From positions 32,001 to 96,000 of the forward strand of contig JAWOCD010000039.1 in assembly GCA_046483985.1 (NCBI GenBank): 64,000 bases of DNA, written 5' to 3'. The position numbers and the translations under genes were made by a program. This DNA comes from Promethearchaeia archaeon (lineage in GTDB: Archaea; Asgardarchaeota; Lokiarchaeia; Sigyniarchaeales; SOKP01). The first letter of the stretch is position 1. Each line of letters opens with the position of its first letter. Shown here piece by piece: positions 60,814 through 64,000 of this stretch. Under the pieces are notes generated by a model, which saw only the letters and a list, made by a program, of their open reading frames with translations, searched no databases and was not told where the DNA came from.

Positions 60814-61689
60814 ATGAATTTAAATATAATAGGCAAAAATAGAGATAATAGCGCAAATGACAATAAGCATGTAGAAATAAAAATGGGTAATCTAAAGAGA
60901 ACTAAAGAAAATATAGACCAGACACGTGAAGAAAATAAGTTGATTTTAGAGTGCTGTGATTTAGATCTGTGGTATGATGATTTTCAAGCTTTAAAAAACA
61001 TCAATATGCCTATTACGAAGAATAAAGTCACTGCAATTATAGGCCCCTCTGGCTGCGGAAAATCGACCTTAATCCGATGTTTGAATAGAATGAATGATGT
61101 AATTGAAGGATGTAAAATTCAAGGCGAAGTAAAATTTCATGGGAAAAATATTTACAATAAAAACATAAATGTTATGAATGTAAGAACCCGCATCGGGATG
61201 ATTTTCCAAAAGCCAAACCCATTTCCGATGAGCATTTATGACAACCTCGCCTATGGACCTAAGTTACACGGAACTAAAAAGAAAGAAAAACTGGATGAAA
61301 TAGTTGAGAAAAGTCTTAAGCGGGCGGCAATTTGGGGAGAGGTTAAGGATCGTTTGGATCAATCTGCATTAGGGCTTTCCGGCGGGCAGCAACAGCGAAT
61401 TTGCATTGCAAGAGCGTTATCGATTGAACCGGAGGTCATTTTAATGGATGAACCAACCTCCTCACTAGATCCCATCGCAACGTCAAAAATCGAAGAATTG
61501 ATATTTGAACTAAAGAAAAAATACACCGTGGTCATCGTTACACACAATATGCAACAAGCTGCTCGAATTTCCGATTTTACTGGATTTATGTACCTTGGGG
61601 AATTAGTGGAATATGGAAAGACAATACAAATTTTTGAAAAACCAGAAAAGGAATTAACTGAAAACTACATTACCGGAAGATTTGGATAA
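60814..61689 (+). CDS. pstB: Phosphate ABC transporter ATPase
   Basis: [41 protein letters not shown]. Start 60814 after GGTGA (track 60802). Confidence 0.95.
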   Translation: MNLNIIGKNRDNSANDNKHVEIKMGNLKRTKENIDQTREENKLILECCDLDLWYDDFQALKNINMPITKNKVTAIIGPSGCGKSTLIRCLNRMNDVIEGCKIQGEVKFHGKNIYNKNINVMNVRTRIGMIFQKPNPFPMSIYDNLAYGPKLHGTKKKEKLDEIVEKSLKRAAIWGEVKDRLDQSALGLSGGQQQRICIARALSIEPEVILMDEPTSSLDPIATSKIEELIFELKKKYTVVIVTHNMQQAARISDFTGFMYLGELVEYGKTIQIFEKPEKELTENYITGRFG

Positions 61690-61709
61690 ATAAAATAAGG
61701 TGAAGAGAA

Positions 61710-62363
61710 TTGGCACAAAATAAAATGCGACAAGAAGTATTTGCCTTAAAGAAACGAGTAATTGAAATGGCGAATTTAGCCTCCTCTATGTTAGCCGATG
61801 CAATGCAAGCCCTTCAAGAGCATGATGTAGATTTAGCAAATAAAACGGAACAAAAAAAGCACAAATTAAGAGCCCTCGATTATGAAATTGAAAAAGAAGC
61901 CTTGCATCTTATTGCATTATATCAGCCATTGGCAATTGATCTCCGCCGAAGTGCAGCCATCTTAAAAATAATTACGTATTTGACGAGAATTGGCCGCTAT
62001 GGAAAGGATATTGCTCAAATTGTGGCTTATTTGAATGATAACGAAGCACCAAATAGATTTATAAATCTAAAACATATTTGGGAGCATGTACAGTCCATGA
62101 TTGATGATGCAATCCAAGCTTTTGATGAAAGTGACATAAAATATATCCAAAATTTTGAGAAGAGAGATGATGAGGTTGATAGCCTGCGATGGAGTATTTT
62201 TCGAGAATCTGTAAGTTATATGATGGAAGACCCTCACTGCATTACCCCATGTGCCCACATCTTAATGATTGCACGGTACTTAGAACGTTGCGGGGACCAC
62301 GCATGCAAAATTGCCGAAAAAGTCCATTATATGGTTACAGGAGAGCATAAAGAAATTTCTTGA
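61710..62363 (+). CDS. phoU: Phosphate signalling protein PhoU
   Basis: QP.A.DLR, RDDEVD, LERCGDHA..IAE motifs. Confidence 0.93.
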   Translation: MAQNKMRQEVFALKKRVIEMANLASSMLADAMQALQEHDVDLANKTEQKKHKLRALDYEIEKEALHLIALYQPLAIDLRRSAAILKIITYLTRIGRYGKDIAQIVAYLNDNEAPNRFINLKHIWEHVQSMIDDAIQAFDESDIKYIQNFEKRDDEVDSLRWSIFRESVSYMMEDPHCITPCAHILMIARYLERCGDHACKIAEKVHYMVTGEHKEIS

Positions 62364-62533
62364 TAAATTTTATTTTCTATTCGTTTTGGTCTTTTTTTCC
62401 AAACTTAATCCCAATTTCTGGATTATATGATTAAAAATTATTATAGCAAAAGACAATAATTAAAAACTAGTGATAAAGATTATGGGAAAAACATTTAAGT
62501 TTAAGAAATAGAATAACGGAACGCTCGTTATTA

Positions 62534-62639
62534 TGGTGGGAAAGAGGGGACTTGAACCCCTGAACTCTCAGCGTCCAGATACTTCGGATCTCCGAAGTAT
62601 TCCCCAGCCGAGAATCATACCATGCTAGACTACCTTCCC
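62534..62639 (-). tRNA. tRNA-Pro(GGG) with a canonical 37/38 intron of 29 nt (62573-62601), CCA encoded
   Basis: GGGAAGG/CTTTCCC acceptor, CTCGG-CTGGGG|G-CTGAG anticodon arm, GGGG-TTCAAGT-CCCC T-arm, BHB motif at the junctions. Confidence 0.92.
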
Positions 62640-62702
62640 ATATTTTCTTGTGGAATACTTTAAATTATAGTACAAAATTTAAATCTATGATAGGTAAAGA
62701 AA

Positions 62703-62736
62703 ACTCTCACTTAAAATTTTCACTCTCACTTAAAAT
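62703..62736 (+). repeat. Direct repeat ACTCTCACTTAAAAT x2 (19-bp period)
   Basis: Exact 15-mers at 62703 and 62722 in the tRNA-Pro/srp19 divergent spacer. Confidence 0.7.
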
Positions 62737-62812
62737 CTATACTCATAATTTTTAAATGTATTAGAAGTTTCATTTACATGAGCTAAATAAAAATTATAAA
62801 ACAGTTTTCATT

Positions 62813-63109
62813 ATGAGAGAAATTGGCGATTTTAAAATAATATGGCCAGCTTACCTTGATTTGAAACGTTCTAGGAGCGAAGGTCGCCGCTTACCGAAAA
62901 AATATGCAATTGATAAAATTTCAATCAAAGACATCGTAAAAGCTTCAAGAAGATTGGGTTATGATGTCCAAGTAGAGAGAAGAATGCGCTACCCACGAAC
63001 ATGGTGGGATAGGTCTGGGAGAGTCTTGATTGATACCAAGGGAAAAAGAAAATCTCATGTCATTAAAGAGATCGCCAAAGAAATAAAAAAAATGAGAAAA
63101 ATGAGTTAG
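62813..63109 (+). CDS. srp19: Signal recognition particle protein SRP19
   Basis: IIWPAYLD...SRSEGRR.PK..A, YPR.WW...GRV. Confidence 0.94.
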   Translation: MREIGDFKIIWPAYLDLKRSRSEGRRLPKKYAIDKISIKDIVKASRRLGYDVQVERRMRYPRTWWDRSGRVLIDTKGKRKSHVIKEIAKEIKKMRKMS

Positions 63110-63128
63110 GTCTATCCTTTTTATAATT

Positions 63129-63500
63129 ATGCACGAATTTGCGTTTGCGTATAACATTTTTCAAGTTGCCGAATCCACAGCGAAGAAATACAATGCTAAG
63201 AGAATTACCAAGGTATATTTGGAGATTGGAGAATTAACTCTCATCGTCCCTGAACTTTTAAAACAATCTTTTGAAATGGCAACCAAGGGCTCCATTGCGG
63301 AAGGAGCGGAATTGGAGATTGAATTTACCCCTGGAAAAATTAAATGTAACGATTGTGGAAAGGTTTCTGTAGTGGATATCACGAAAGAAGCTAAACTTAC
63401 AGGGCTCCAATTATTTTCGTGTAAACACTGTGGGAGTAAGGATAGCGAAATTATTGAAGGGAAAAAAGCTAACGTCAAAAACATTTCTATTAAGGAATAA
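63129..63500 (+). CDS. hypA: Hydrogenase nickel metallochaperone HypA
   Basis: MHE N-terminus, IGELT, CNDC and CKHCGS zinc motifs. Confidence 0.93.
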   Translation: MHEFAFAYNIFQVAESTAKKYNAKRITKVYLEIGELTLIVPELLKQSFEMATKGSIAEGAELEIEFTPGKIKCNDCGKVSVVDITKEAKLTGLQLFSCKHCGSKDSEIIEGKKANVKNISIKE

Positions 63501-63520
63501 AAAGAAGAAAGGATTTATGT

Positions 63521-63560
63521 GGGGATTCATCACCGTCCTAACGGATGCACCTTTCTCACC
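63521..63560 (-). mobile_element. IS200/IS605-type end hairpin relic
   Basis: Minus strand GGTGAGAAAGGTGCATCCGTTAGGACGGTGATGAATCCCC; the core matches CATCC(T)TTAGGATGGAGATGAAT of the 7617/40176 copies. Confidence 0.55.
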
Positions 63561-63657
63561 CTAATATTGGAAAATAAGTTTGATGGTTAGTGTGGAAGAT
63601 AATATAAAAATGAATGGAATTCTGGAAAAAAGTCGATATTATAAAAATTGAGAATAT

Positions 63658-64000
63658 CTATTGAACTAACACGCCATTAACTTGCCCATCTTGTCCTGGA
63701 CGACTGGTAATTCTAACATTTCCGAGTTCTGTATCAACAATTGCCCCTTTCGTTAAAACATGCCGTCTGTTTAAGTCTTTTGAAGCTTTATTACTGACAA
63801 AATCTAAAATTTCTACTTTTTGCGTTTCATTGCTGTTTGGGTCTGTTACGTTAATGTAAGAAGTCGAAAAGAGTTTTATTTTTGTGTTCCCTCCTAATAC
63901 CCGTTGCCTTTTCTTTTTTTCCTTATCAATAAGGGTATGGATCGGATCTCGGTCTAATTCTCGTTTCCTCTTCTTTCTAAATTTCCGATATTTCTTTCCA
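63658..64000 (-). CDS. rps8e: 30S ribosomal protein S8e (partial, 5' end beyond the window)
   Basis: Manual translation: RKKRKRELDR..RVLGGNTK..LTKGAIVDTELG..ITSRPGQDGQVNGVL. Confidence 0.95.
   Translation of the reverse strand, partial: GKKYRKFRKKRKRELDRDPIHTLIDKEKKKRQRVLGGNTKIKLFSTSYINVTDPNSNETQKVEILDFVSNKASKDLNRRHVLTKGAIVDTELGNVRITSRPGQDGQVNGVLVQ

Noticed and set aside
63501-63657. Possible SRP RNA or other ncRNA between hypA and rps8e
   Set aside because: Too short and AT-rich for archaeal 7S RNA; the only structured part matches the IS605 end hairpin
1-64000. CRISPR array, rRNA, prophage or integrase at the tRNAs
   Set aside because: No regularly spaced repeats, rRNA-like segments, viral hallmark genes or tRNA 3'-end duplications were seen by eye

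Overview
AT-rich archaeal chromosomal window, most consistent with an Asgard archaeon, probably Lokiarchaeia-like (inference). The evidence is archaeal GltX, SRP19, S8e, BHB-intron tRNAs, an MglA/Arf-like small GTPase and many zinc-ribbon membrane proteins. From left to right it holds a complete-looking Mo/W-pterin biosynthesis cluster (moaB partial, moeA, moaE, moaD, moaA, moaC) with a WtpABC tungstate/molybdate transporter. Next come three paralogues of an uncharacterised ~545-aa membrane-anchored protein with a conserved MRIRTR N-terminus, near a beta-helix surface protein, MFS transporters and bacterial-type KDG kinase/KDPG aldolase. Then follow assorted hydrolases, an orphan DNA methyltransferase, gpmI, peroxiredoxin, gltX, MtxX, a GH13 protein with swapped catalytic carboxylates, a pst/phoU locus with fused PstC-PstA, srp19, hypA and rps8e (partial). 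Features missed by the ORF track: two tRNAs with 29-nt BHB introns (one at the non-canonical variable-loop position 45/46), five IS200/IS605 (TnpB) relics, an rve transposase relic, four isolated gene 3'-end stubs, two small zinc-finger ORFs and a split gene with an in-frame A_AAA_AAG slippery site. No CRISPR array or rRNA was seen. All family assignments come from motif recognition by eye; no database searches were run.
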